Below, piece by piece: positions 28,514 through 36,981 of a stretch of DNA of 53,091 nucleotides (position 1 is its first letter; the number at the start of each line of letters is the position of its first letter). A model generated the notes under the pieces. That model was given only the letters and a program-made list of their open reading frames with translations, was not told the origin of the DNA and did no database searches. The stretch spans positions 1 to 53,091 of the forward strand of contig JBEAUK010000127.1 of assembly GCA_041161465.1 (NCBI GenBank), in the 5' to 3' direction. The DNA comes from Planctomycetota bacterium (GTDB lineage: Bacteria > Planctomycetota > Phycisphaerae > Phycisphaerales > SM1A02). The position numbers and the translations under genes were made by a program.

Positions 28514-28545
28514 GAGGGAAAGGTACGGAGCACGCACGCCCCGCG

Positions 28546-28581
28546 CAACCGAAGTTTCAGAAATTTCTGAAACTTCGGTTG
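28546..28581. promoter_or_regulatory. Perfect 36-bp AT-rich palindrome CAACCGAAGTTTCAGAAA|TTTCTGAAACTTCGGTTG; candidate operator of the GbsR/MarR-like regulator
   Basis: Perfect dyad symmetry read directly. 14/36 GC against a roughly 68% GC background. Centred about 50 nt upstream of the regulator start codon. Confidence 0.5.
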
Positions 28582-28637
28582 CCTGTGTCCCCACGCAGCG
28601 CCTGAGGAGTTGTGCGCATGCGGACGACGCCAAGCAA

Positions 28638-28664
28638 ACGGCCCCGTCCAGAGGACGGGGCCGT
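28638..28664 (-). terminator. Terminator-like hairpin (12-bp stem ACGGCCCCGTCC, 3-nt loop) downstream of the metalloprotease gene
   Basis: Inverted repeat read directly, 39 nt past the stop at 28703. On the minus strand it is followed by UUGCUUGG. Confidence 0.5.
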
Positions 28665-28702
28665 TGAATGGGTGAGATGTGCTGACGGCGTCAGCCGCCA
28701 GA

Positions 28703-31555
28703 TCAGCGGAAACCGGTCTCGGTCGCGCTCGGTGCCGAGGTCGCGCCGTTCGAGGCGCGCGTGCGCACCTGATACTCGTACACGGTGCCCGGCACGGCGG
28801 TGGTGTCGAGATGCAGCGCCTGGCTCACCGTGCGGATCAGGGTGAACGCAGCGGTCGAACCCTGCGGACGACGCCAGACCTGCCAGGTGACATTGCTGGT
28901 GGCGCCGGTCGGCGTCCAGCTCACCTGCACATGGCCAGCGATCGTGCCATCCGAGGCGGTCACGCCGGTCGGCGGAAGCACCGTCGGGTAGCCGGTGTTC
29001 GGCGAGCCGCGATCGCTGTAGCTGTTGAACTGCGAGGACTTGCCTGCAACGGCGTAGACATAGACCTCGCCGGCAACAGCGGTCGTATCAACGAACGAGA
29101 GCGTCGTCGACGGGAGATCCGAGGCGAGCGGGGTCGCAGGCCACGGGTCGCGACCCGAACGCTTGCGCCAGACGGTGTAGGCCGACGGATTCCAGGTCGA
29201 AGGCTTCGTCCAGGTGAGCGAGACCGACGATGCCGTTCCGTCGCTGGCCGCAGTCATCGCAGGCGGCGGCAGGACGAAGCCGAGGTCGATGTCGCTCGGA
29301 GCAGAGAGACCCTGGAGGTTCGAGAAGGAACGAACCTTGTAGGTGTACGACACATCAGGCAGCGCCTGGAGGTCGTTCCAACGGGTCGCGCTACCCGACA
29401 GACGGGAAACCTCGATGAACGGTCCACCGGCCGTCGAGCGGTACACATAGACCGAGTTGACGGTGCCGGGGAGCGACCAGGTCAGGCGGATGCGATCGGT
29501 GAGCGGGGGCGTCGTGCTGTTGATGCCGCCGGTCGCGATCAGGTTGCTCGGGCCAGCGGGGGCGCGGAAGCCCGAGTCGGCCGACGGAGCGCTGACCGTG
29601 CTGGCAGTGACCTGCGCACGAACCTCGTAGTAGTAGACGACGCCAGAGTCGGTCGACGGCGGCGGACCAGGGTTGGTGTCGCCATCCAAGTCCGGCCACG
29701 CCGGATCGAACTCACCGTAGGTGCCGATGTCGTCGTAGGTGAGCGACGAGGCAGGGACCTCATCGATCTTGAGCGGAGTCGCACCGGCGGTGCCGCGGTA
29801 GATCGCGTAGTTCAACGGCGTGTAGCCGGCCGGAGCTTCCCAAACCAGCGAGATTCGATCGGAGAACTCACCGTCAGACGCCTCGAGCGCCGTTGGGCCG
29901 AGGACGCCCTTGAACCCCTGATCGGGACCGACCCAATCCGACGGAGCGCCGGTATCGACGCGGACCGCGCGGATGCGGTACTCGTAGTTCGTGCCGACCG
30001 CTGCGGAGAAGTCGTCGTAGGTGGTCGCCGTCGCCGAGACATTCGGCGCAAGCGACGCGTACGCGCCGCCACCCGCAACGCGACGCTCGATCTCGAAGCG
30101 AGACGCTGCAATCGCCGGAGCGATCCAGGTCAGGCGAACGGCGTCCACGAATGTGCCGTCGGAGGCCTGGAACGAGGCCGGGTCATAGATCGGGCACGGC
30201 GTGGAGAGGCAAGCCGCTCCGCCGAGGAAGGCATCCATCTGCGCCTTGTTTGCCGCAGCGAAGTTGAGCACGACATTCGCCAGTCCGCCGGGGCAGAGGT
30301 GGCAGTAGCTCATGATGGTGCCGTTGGAGATGCACGCGCCGCCGACGCAGTTGTCCACGCCAAGATCGTGCGTGTGGTTGCATCCGCAGTTGTGACCCAT
30401 CTCGTGAGTCGTCACCATGATGTCCCAGTTCTGCGGGCTGTTGTTCTGCAGCGGGAACGGGAAGAATCCGGACAGGTTGCCGGAGACGGCGAAGCCGATC
30501 TCGGGGCTGCAGACGGCGTTCAGGTACGCGACGCCGCCGCCGAGGTTTCGTGCGGAGATCAGGTGCGCAAGGTCGCGCGGGTTCGAGCCCGCCGGACCAC
30601 CGCCGCCGCCCCATGCATTCACGAACTGGTCGAGCTGTGCGCCCGAACCGCCCGCGGTCCAGGGGTCGGTGACGCCCTGCGACCAGATACGGAGGAAGCT
30701 CATCAACGGATAGAGGTTCTGCTCCTCGAGGTAGATCACATTCATGCCCGCAGCGATCTGCGTGGCGTAGTCGACCGCCGCCTGATCGCTCGAGAAGAGA
30801 CCGCGGAACTCGTTGTCGGTCTCGAACGCCATCTGGAGCACCTTGCAGGTCGCGAGTTCGGCGACGCCGCCGTCGCCAGCGCCCTCGCCAGGCTGTCCGC
30901 CCTCACGCACCTCGCAGGTGTACTCGAACCAGTTGATCGCGCCCTCGGGAAGGTTGTCCATGTCCGAGATGACGACTGGCATCTCGCCGCGCGGGCCGTT
31001 CGAGATGCTGAAGATGCGACCCTCGATGCTGATGAAGCCCGCGACCGAGGTCGGCGAGAACGAGAGGTAGACGATGCTGTTGTCGACGCCGGTCACGCGG
31101 CCACGGAAGGTGCGAGCCATCGGGGCGAGCGAATAGTCGGCGACGGGCTCGCCGTCGGCGCCAGGCTTCATCACCGCAACGGTCGTGTCCTGATCGGTGA
31201 CACGGAACTCGGTCAGCCAGAGGTCACGCAGCGTGCCGTCTGGAAGCGGGAACTGGACGAGATCGAACACTCCCTGCATCGGGATCATCTCGACGAGTTC
31301 GGGGAGGAAGTCGACCTCGATCGCGCCCTTGATGCGAACCGAAGGCTTCGCAGTCGGGAGGAATGGCGAGAGGAACACTTGGCGCTCGTCAACAGGGCGA
31401 GCCGAGTCCGCGGCGACGAGCGGATTGCTCGGCGTGGCGAGGGCGGTCGCGGTCATGCTCGAGCCGAACGACGCGGTGCAGCAGAGCACCGAGGCGATCG
31501 CAGGCGCAAGCATCGAAGCAAGCGTGGAGAGGGCGGAGTTTGTCGTCTTCTGCAT
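28703..31555 (-). CDS. Secreted metzincin-type zinc metalloprotease (HExxHxxGxxH plus Met-turn) followed by multiple FN3-like repeats
   Basis: Start at MQKTTNSALSTLASMLAPAIA (signal peptide). Catalytic motif VTTHEMGHNCGCNHTHD … IMSY. The C-terminal roughly 550 aa contains at least 5 repeats of about 90 aa each with FN3-like W/Y patterns (…SLVWEAP…YAIYRG, …RLTWSLP…VYVYRS, …SLTWTKP…YTVWRKR, …QVSWTPT…WQVWRRP). Confidence 0.8.
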   Translation of the reverse strand: MQKTTNSALSTLASMLAPAIASVLCCTASFGSSMTATALATPSNPLVAADSARPVDERQVFLSPFLPTAKPSVRIKGAIEVDFLPELVEMIPMQGVFDLVQFPLPDGTLRDLWLTEFRVTDQDTTVAVMKPGADGEPVADYSLAPMARTFRGRVTGVDNSIVYLSFSPTSVAGFISIEGRIFSISNGPRGEMPVVISDMDNLPEGAINWFEYTCEVREGGQPGEGAGDGGVAELATCKVLQMAFETDNEFRGLFSSDQAAVDYATQIAAGMNVIYLEEQNLYPLMSFLRIWSQGVTDPWTAGGSGAQLDQFVNAWGGGGGPAGSNPRDLAHLISARNLGGGVAYLNAVCSPEIGFAVSGNLSGFFPFPLQNNSPQNWDIMVTTHEMGHNCGCNHTHDLGVDNCVGGACISNGTIMSYCHLCPGGLANVVLNFAAANKAQMDAFLGGAACLSTPCPIYDPASFQASDGTFVDAVRLTWIAPAIAASRFEIERRVAGGGAYASLAPNVSATATTYDDFSAAVGTNYEYRIRAVRVDTGAPSDWVGPDQGFKGVLGPTALEASDGEFSDRISLVWEAPAGYTPLNYAIYRGTAGATPLKIDEVPASSLTYDDIGTYGEFDPAWPDLDGDTNPGPPPSTDSGVVYYYEVRAQVTASTVSAPSADSGFRAPAGPSNLIATGGINSTTPPLTDRIRLTWSLPGTVNSVYVYRSTAGGPFIEVSRLSGSATRWNDLQALPDVSYTYKVRSFSNLQGLSAPSDIDLGFVLPPPAMTAASDGTASSVSLTWTKPSTWNPSAYTVWRKRSGRDPWPATPLASDLPSTTLSFVDTTAVAGEVYVYAVAGKSSQFNSYSDRGSPNTGYPTVLPPTGVTASDGTIAGHVQVSWTPTGATSNVTWQVWRRPQGSTAAFTLIRTVSQALHLDTTAVPGTVYEYQVRTRASNGATSAPSATETGFR

Positions 31556-31765
31556 CTTCGGGTCTTTCTTCGTTTCTGGACTGCTCGGTCGTCTCGTTCG
31601 CCTGAGGGTGCAGTGCCCGCAGGCGATGCGCGGGAGCCTCGGTTTGCCCCCGCGGACGCGCCGAATCAGGTTCGATTCGGTCCGTCCGGGTCGGGCGCTC
31701 GCGCTGAGTTCAGATCTTCGATTCTCTTTCGGTCGGACGGCGGAACTGTCATCGGAACTTGAAGC

Positions 31766-31796
31766 GCAACCCGCCGAGGAGCGCTCGGCGGGTTGC
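31766..31796 (-). terminator. Terminator-like hairpin (13-bp stem GCAACCCGCCGAG) 15 nt downstream of the subtilase gene
   Basis: gcaacccgccgag-gagcg-ctcggcgggttgc read directly. On the minus strand it is followed by GCUUCAAGUUCC (moderately U-rich). Confidence 0.5.
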
Positions 31797-31810
31797 GATG
31801 TGTTCAAGAA

Positions 31811-34800
31811 TCAGAGCGGATTGAGCGGGACATTGACCCCGATGTCGATGAGGTCGTGATCGACCGTGTGGCGACCCGTCGCGCCAAGACCACAGGTCCA
31901 GACGCGCATGTCGATCGTGTTGTCGGTCGAGAGATACGGGCCATAGGCAGAAAGCTGCGGGAGGTTGAAGGTGATCGGCTGGGTCTGCGTCGTGAGGAAC
32001 TGCGCGCCGAAGAACTCGTACCGACCCGTGTCGTTGTTGAAGATGAATGCTCCGCAGATCACGAAGTTGCGGGTCGCACGCGAAACCAGCTGGAGGTTGA
32101 GGCTGTTCACCGACTCCTCTGGGTTCGGGAGCGTCACTTCCTTGACGACGCGCACATCGGTCGTGCGACCAGTCGACATGTAGGTGAGTCCCTTCGCGAC
32201 GTCTCCAGCCGTACGGGGCTGAGCGACGATGCGGAGGTAGTTCTCGTCCGCAACCTTGATCTGGAACGAGTTCCAGGCGTAGCCGGCAAGCTGGCCGCCG
32301 GTGATCACCTCGACGGTGGAGGTGTTGCCGCCGAAGAGGTCAACGCTGAGCAGCGTCGCGGGAAGCTGCTGCAGGTTCGGGATCGGTCCGATCGGGTGGA
32401 AGGTGCACGCGCAGCCAATCGGGAGGCACTCGGTCTGCGTGCAGGCCGGGGTCGCGCAGGAGTCGGCGGAGAACGGAGGACCTTCGCGGAACGGAAGGTC
32501 GCGCTCGTCACCGGTCGCGAACGGGCACTGGAAGTACGCGCTCGGCGTCGTTGCGATCACGGTACGGGCCTGGATGGGAGTGATCGGCGTGCCGTAGAAC
32601 TGGCGAGCCGCGCCCTGCATGCGGGCGACGATACCGCTGACCATCGCTGCCGCAGCGGAGGTGCCGCCGAAGGTCTGCGTGTAAAGACGCAGGCGGTCAA
32701 CCTGGAGTCCAGGAGCGATCGTCGACGGCGGCTGGTCATTCGTGCCTTGGAAGAGGAACGTCTCGGGGTTCGGCACGGTGGTGTTGTTGAACGAGGTGCT
32801 CGCGCCCGTCGTCACGACGCCGAAGCCCCACGCGGTTGCGTCGGCGGTCTCGTCTGCAGCCGTCGCGCTCTCGCCCTCGTAGTTGCTGCCCGGATAGCGG
32901 ATGTAGACGAGGTTCTCAGCGGTAAGGTCCTGCTCGCAGCAGGCGTATCCCGGCATCGGGGAGGTGCCGTTGAGGAAGTTGCCCGGCCACGAGGCGGTCA
33001 CGATGATCGCGCCGACATCTTCGTCGGACGATCCCTGGATCTCAGTGGCGCCCGAGCCTGCGGCAACCACGCTCGTGATGCCGAGGTCTGTACCGAGCGC
33101 GATGAGCGTCGAGTAAGCCTCAGACGAGGTCACGGGCTGCACGGTCGCAGTCGGGGTGTCCGGATCGGGGAAGTAGGGGATCGCGCCCTGGAAGCCCCAC
33201 GAGAAGTTCAGGACGTCGCCCTGGGTGAACTCGGAGAACGCGCTGGTGATCGCGTCCTGCGCGCGGAAGCCGCTCTCAGCCGAGATGATCGGGAAGAAGT
33301 AGCCCTGCGCGTTGGGAGCCATGCCGGTCACGCCGAAGCCGTTGTCGGCCGCGAGCAGGACGCCCATGACATTCGTGCCGTGGTTAGTGCTGATCGAGCC
33401 CTGCTCGGCGAAGACGGGCGAAACGCCCGGCTCCTGAATGATGCGCGGGACAGCGAGGAGCGGGCCCTCCCACGGGCGCTGCGGGTTCTTCGCGGGGCCT
33501 GCGAGGATGAAGTCCTCGTGGAAGACGGTGCCCGAGGTCTCGAGGATGCCGACGCGCACGCCGCCGCCACCGAGGTACGGATTGTCGAGCGGATCGCCGC
33601 CCTGATAGAACTCCCAGATCAGGTTCTGGAAGTCTTCCATCTCCTTCAGCGCGAAGCCGTGACCGGAGAAGCCGAGCTCGCCGCCACCGATGGCGCCAGC
33701 CCAAGTCTCGCCGACACCCTGAAGGTCGAACAGCTGCGCGGGTCGGGGACCGCCCTGGGTGTAGTACTGGAAGCCCTGCAGTCCCTGCGCGGTCTCCTGG
33801 AGGGCGAGGTCTGGCGAGACATCGTTGTCCGGCTCAGGAATGACGCACGAGCTGAACTGTCCCGAGAGCACGAGGTTCGCGCAGGTCGAGTCCCACGCAT
33901 CGCTGCAGCAGGTCGGATCGACCAGGCACACGGAGTTGCAGCACGCAGGCTGGTTGCAGCCGCGGCCAGAGTGAGGCGTCACGCAGTTCGCGTTCTGGAA
34001 TTGGTCGTACACCGGATCAAAGGTCTCGAGCGCCACCGGGTCTGGCGCCGGGAGTTCGAAGCTGAAGCACGGGTCGTAGGGGCCGGTGTCCGGCGCGGGA
34101 TCGTAGACCGTGCCCGCGCAGACGAGGTTCGCCCACGCGGCGCAGTAGACATCCCATCCGCCCGTGTCGTTCTCGTCGACGCAGGTCGGGTCGAGGTCGC
34201 CGACCTGCTCGCAGCAAGTGACATCGTTGCAACCGAATGGACGGGGATCCGCGTTCGGATCGGGGTTGCAGTCGGTGCGCACGATCGCGTCGTCGCCGGG
34301 GAAGGGATTGGTGCAGGTGCCCGAGGGGCGCTCGCAGGCGGTCGGGTTGTTGGGGTCGCAACCAGCCTGGAGGTTGTGGTGGTGGCGCTCGATGCTGATG
34401 TACTCGACCGAGCCGAGCCCGTTCAGCGCGCGGGTTGCGTCGAAGATCGACTCCATCGGGACGCCGGACACGAAGATCATGCCCGCGAGGTCGGGCTGCT
34501 CGCGGCCGCTGAGATCGCGTGCGCGCGACTCGAGCAGGGCGAGCTCGCTCTCCGACTTGCGGATCCACTGGCGGGTCACGCCACCGAACTTGGCGAGGAT
34601 CGCGCGCGCCTCGGAGAGATCTGCGCCTGCGTCGCTCGCGAGGCTCGCGCCCGAGATCGGCGCGCGCGCCTTGACCTCATCGCGGAACTTGATGACGAAA
34701 TTGCCGGTGAGGGCGTCGAAGGATGGGACAAGTCCCATCCCGCGGAACTTCTTCGGCAGGAGCGCTTCGACTGGATCGCGCTTCGAGAACGGCTTGCGCG

Positions 34801-35005
34801 GAGCAAACTTCTTCGCGAGCGCGGTCGACGCAGTGCCCTCTGGGGTGCTGGTCGGCGCCGCGGCGACGGCTGCCTGAGTCAAGAACGCAGCGCTCGCTGC
34901 CAGCGAGAGCGTGATTGCCACGCCGCGCGCCGAACAGAGCGAGAAGAGATTGCTGACATTCTTACTGGCGTGGAAACGCACGGTGGAACGGAAGTCTGTA
35001 CGCAT
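31811..35005 (-). CDS. Large secreted subtilisin-like (S8) serine protease with N-terminal Cys-rich modules and long C-terminal extension
   Basis: Start at MRTDFRSTVRF… (signal peptide). His motif HGTNVMGVL and Ser motif GTSAAAAMVSG are typical of subtilases. The Asp motif is not canonical (VRVGILETSG), hence reduced confidence. Cys-rich modules lie at about 33845-34363. Confidence 0.75.
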   Translation of the reverse strand: MRTDFRSTVRFHASKNVSNLFSLCSARGVAITLSLAASAAFLTQAAVAAAPTSTPEGTASTALAKKFAPRKPFSKRDPVEALLPKKFRGMGLVPSFDALTGNFVIKFRDEVKARAPISGASLASDAGADLSEARAILAKFGGVTRQWIRKSESELALLESRARDLSGREQPDLAGMIFVSGVPMESIFDATRALNGLGSVEYISIERHHHNLQAGCDPNNPTACERPSGTCTNPFPGDDAIVRTDCNPDPNADPRPFGCNDVTCCEQVGDLDPTCVDENDTGGWDVYCAAWANLVCAGTVYDPAPDTGPYDPCFSFELPAPDPVALETFDPVYDQFQNANCVTPHSGRGCNQPACCNSVCLVDPTCCSDAWDSTCANLVLSGQFSSCVIPEPDNDVSPDLALQETAQGLQGFQYYTQGGPRPAQLFDLQGVGETWAGAIGGGELGFSGHGFALKEMEDFQNLIWEFYQGGDPLDNPYLGGGGVRVGILETSGTVFHEDFILAGPAKNPQRPWEGPLLAVPRIIQEPGVSPVFAEQGSISTNHGTNVMGVLLAADNGFGVTGMAPNAQGYFFPIISAESGFRAQDAITSAFSEFTQGDVLNFSWGFQGAIPYFPDPDTPTATVQPVTSSEAYSTLIALGTDLGITSVVAAGSGATEIQGSSDEDVGAIIVTASWPGNFLNGTSPMPGYACCEQDLTAENLVYIRYPGSNYEGESATAADETADATAWGFGVVTTGASTSFNNTTVPNPETFLFQGTNDQPPSTIAPGLQVDRLRLYTQTFGGTSAAAAMVSGIVARMQGAARQFYGTPITPIQARTVIATTPSAYFQCPFATGDERDLPFREGPPFSADSCATPACTQTECLPIGCACTFHPIGPIPNLQQLPATLLSVDLFGGNTSTVEVITGGQLAGYAWNSFQIKVADENYLRIVAQPRTAGDVAKGLTYMSTGRTTDVRVVKEVTLPNPEESVNSLNLQLVSRATRNFVICGAFIFNNDTGRYEFFGAQFLTTQTQPITFNLPQLSAYGPYLSTDNTIDMRVWTCGLGATGRHTVDHDLIDIGVNVPLNPL

Positions 35006-35347
35006 GGTTCTGTTTCTCACGGCCGGCCCGTCGCGATGCAGGTCGGCGCAATTGTTCGCGCATTCATTCGCGCGCCGTTGTTGGCGGCGGCGACTCTCAG
35101 ATGGCCATCTCGTCGATCTTGCTGTGGTCTTGAAGTGTTCTGACTGGGCTCTTGTCCGTCCGAGCCGGGGGGCTCGTCCGCGGAAACCCTTCGGGCGACC
35201 GCGGCGGACTGGTTCGGGCAACATCACACCGAGGTGAGGTTCTTAGATACGCAAGGCGAGTCAGGTTGTTGAGCCCTGCACTCGACTTTGTACTTGCGGG
35301 TTGCTTGCTTCAGTGAAGCTTTCGAGGAAGCGTCTTGTTTCAAACTT

Positions 35348-35383
35348 GACTCGGAACATGACTCGGAACATGACTCGGAACAG
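35348..35383. repeat. Tandem direct repeat 3x12 bp (GACTCGGAACAT, GACTCGGAACAT, GACTCGGAACAG) in a low-GC non-coding island upstream of the subtilase gene
   Basis: Read directly. Surrounding 35281-35360 is about 46% GC versus about 68% background. Overlapping ORFs have poor GC3 bias. Confidence 0.6.
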
Positions 35384-35582
35384 CGGCTCTCCCTCTCGCA
35401 CGACGGCAACACCGCCTCCGCGCGCGAGGAAGCGGACGGGTCATTGGAGACCCGCCCACCGAGCCTGCGACTGTAACAGAAAGCGCGCGCCGTGGGACTC
35501 AGAGTCAGGGTTTTCGGACATGCCCCGCGGGGGTTCCGTGGCATCTCACGGAATCGCGCCGAAGCCAAGCGGGGCGGTGCGC

Positions 35583-36920
35583 TCAGCCGAGGGCGGGGGC
35601 TGCCGCGGACTCGATGGATCGGCCGATGTCGCGTCGGTAGAACGCGCCTTCGAAGCGAATGCGGGAAGCAGCGAGGTTGGCGAGATCCCGCGCACGAGCG
35701 AGGTCGCGGGCGAGTGCGGTGACGCCCAGGACGCGACCGCCGTTGGTCACCACCTTGCCGCCCTTTCGGGCGGTTCCGGCGTGGAAGATGATGATGTCCT
35801 CGCCCGCTGCGCGCTCGACCGAGCGTGCCTCGTCGAGCCCCTCGATCTCGAGGCCCTTCGGGTAACTGCCCGGGTAGCCCTTGGAGCAGACGACAACGCA
35901 GCAGGCTGCACGCTGGTCGAAGGAGAGCTCGGTTTCGTCGAGTTGCCCGGTCGCCGTCGCCCAGCAAAGCTCGACGAGATCTCCCTTCAGCCTCGCCATG
36001 ATCGGCTGCGTCTCGGGATCGCCAAAGCGGGTGTTGAACTCGAGGACCTTTGGACCGGCGGGGGTCAGCATCATGCCTGCATAGAGCACGCCGCGGAAAG
36101 GGATGTCCATCCGCTTGAGGGCGTCGACCGTCGGCACCAGCACATCGCGCTCGACGATTCGAAGGAGCTCCGGTGTCGCGCGCGGCGTTGGGCTGAATGC
36201 GCCCATGCCGCCCGTGTTAGGCCCCGTGTCGCCCTCGCCCACGCGCTTGTGATCCTGCGCCGGATCGAGGATCCAGAAGCTGCGGCCGTCGCACAAGGCA
36301 AGCACGCTCACCTCCGGACCTTCGAGCAGTTCCTCGATGAGGATCGTCGCGCCCGCGTCGCCAAAGACCTTCTTGACAAGGCAGGCCTCGACGGCGGCGC
36401 GCGCCTCGGCGACGGTCTTGCAAACCACGACACCCTTGCCCGCGCAAAGTCCCGTGGCCTTCACGACGCAGCCATCGACGCGGGTCTCGACGAACGCCAG
36501 CGCTTGATCGGCGTCCGTGAACACCCGGCCGTCGCCCGTTGGTACGCGAGCCGCCCGCATGACCTGCTTCGCGAACGCCTTGTCCCATTCAAGCTGGGCA
36601 CCGGCGCGACTCGGGCCGAACACGACGCGCCGCGGAGGGTCGGCGAGCTTGGTCGCGAGGTCGGCGGCGAGCGGAGCCTCGGGGCCGATCACCACGAGCG
36701 AAATCTGCTCGCGCTCGCACCAGCGGCAAAGGCGAAACGCGTCGTTGATCGGTTCCGGGCAGGCGCGGCCGAGATCGAGGATTCCCGCGTTGGCGTCCGC
36801 CTCGACCCAGAGCGTGCCGAGGCGCTTGCTCTGCTTGAGTTTCCAGGCAAGGGCGTGCTCACGGCCACCGGTGCCGAGGAGGAGAACATTGACCGTGTCG
36901 GGGCAGCGCAGTTTGCTCAT
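35583..36920 (-). CDS. purD: Phosphoribosylamine--glycine ligase
   Basis: Start at MSKLRCPDTVNVLLLGTGGREHALAWKL (canonical PurD N-terminus). ATP-grasp motifs. About 445 aa. Confidence 0.9.
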   Translation of the reverse strand: MSKLRCPDTVNVLLLGTGGREHALAWKLKQSKRLGTLWVEADANAGILDLGRACPEPINDAFRLCRWCEREQISLVVIGPEAPLAADLATKLADPPRRVVFGPSRAGAQLEWDKAFAKQVMRAARVPTGDGRVFTDADQALAFVETRVDGCVVKATGLCAGKGVVVCKTVAEARAAVEACLVKKVFGDAGATILIEELLEGPEVSVLALCDGRSFWILDPAQDHKRVGEGDTGPNTGGMGAFSPTPRATPELLRIVERDVLVPTVDALKRMDIPFRGVLYAGMMLTPAGPKVLEFNTRFGDPETQPIMARLKGDLVELCWATATGQLDETELSFDQRAACCVVVCSKGYPGSYPKGLEIEGLDEARSVERAAGEDIIIFHAGTARKGGKVVTNGGRVLGVTALARDLARARDLANLAASRIRFEGAFYRRDIGRSIESAAAPALG

Positions 36921-36981
36921 GAAGGCAGCCACTCTACCCGCGAACCGTGTTAGATTGCCTGACCACCTCAGGGTTTCCTCC

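Noticed and set aside
31655-31680. GGTTCGATTCGG motif resembling a tRNA T-arm in the metalloprotease upstream region.
   Set aside because: It forms a 7-bp/6-nt-loop hairpin (ccgaatc-aggttc-gattcgg), not a 5-bp/7-nt T-arm. No acceptor, D or anticodon arm could be built around it.
35224-35544. Possible 106-aa minus-strand ORF (…CSESCSESCSES…) and 62-aa plus-strand ORF (…DSEHDSEHDSEQ…) across the 12-bp tandem repeat.
   Set aside because: Third-codon positions are not GC-biased (aaa, tgt, agt, tca, ttg), unlike every confident gene here. More likely non-coding regulatory DNA.
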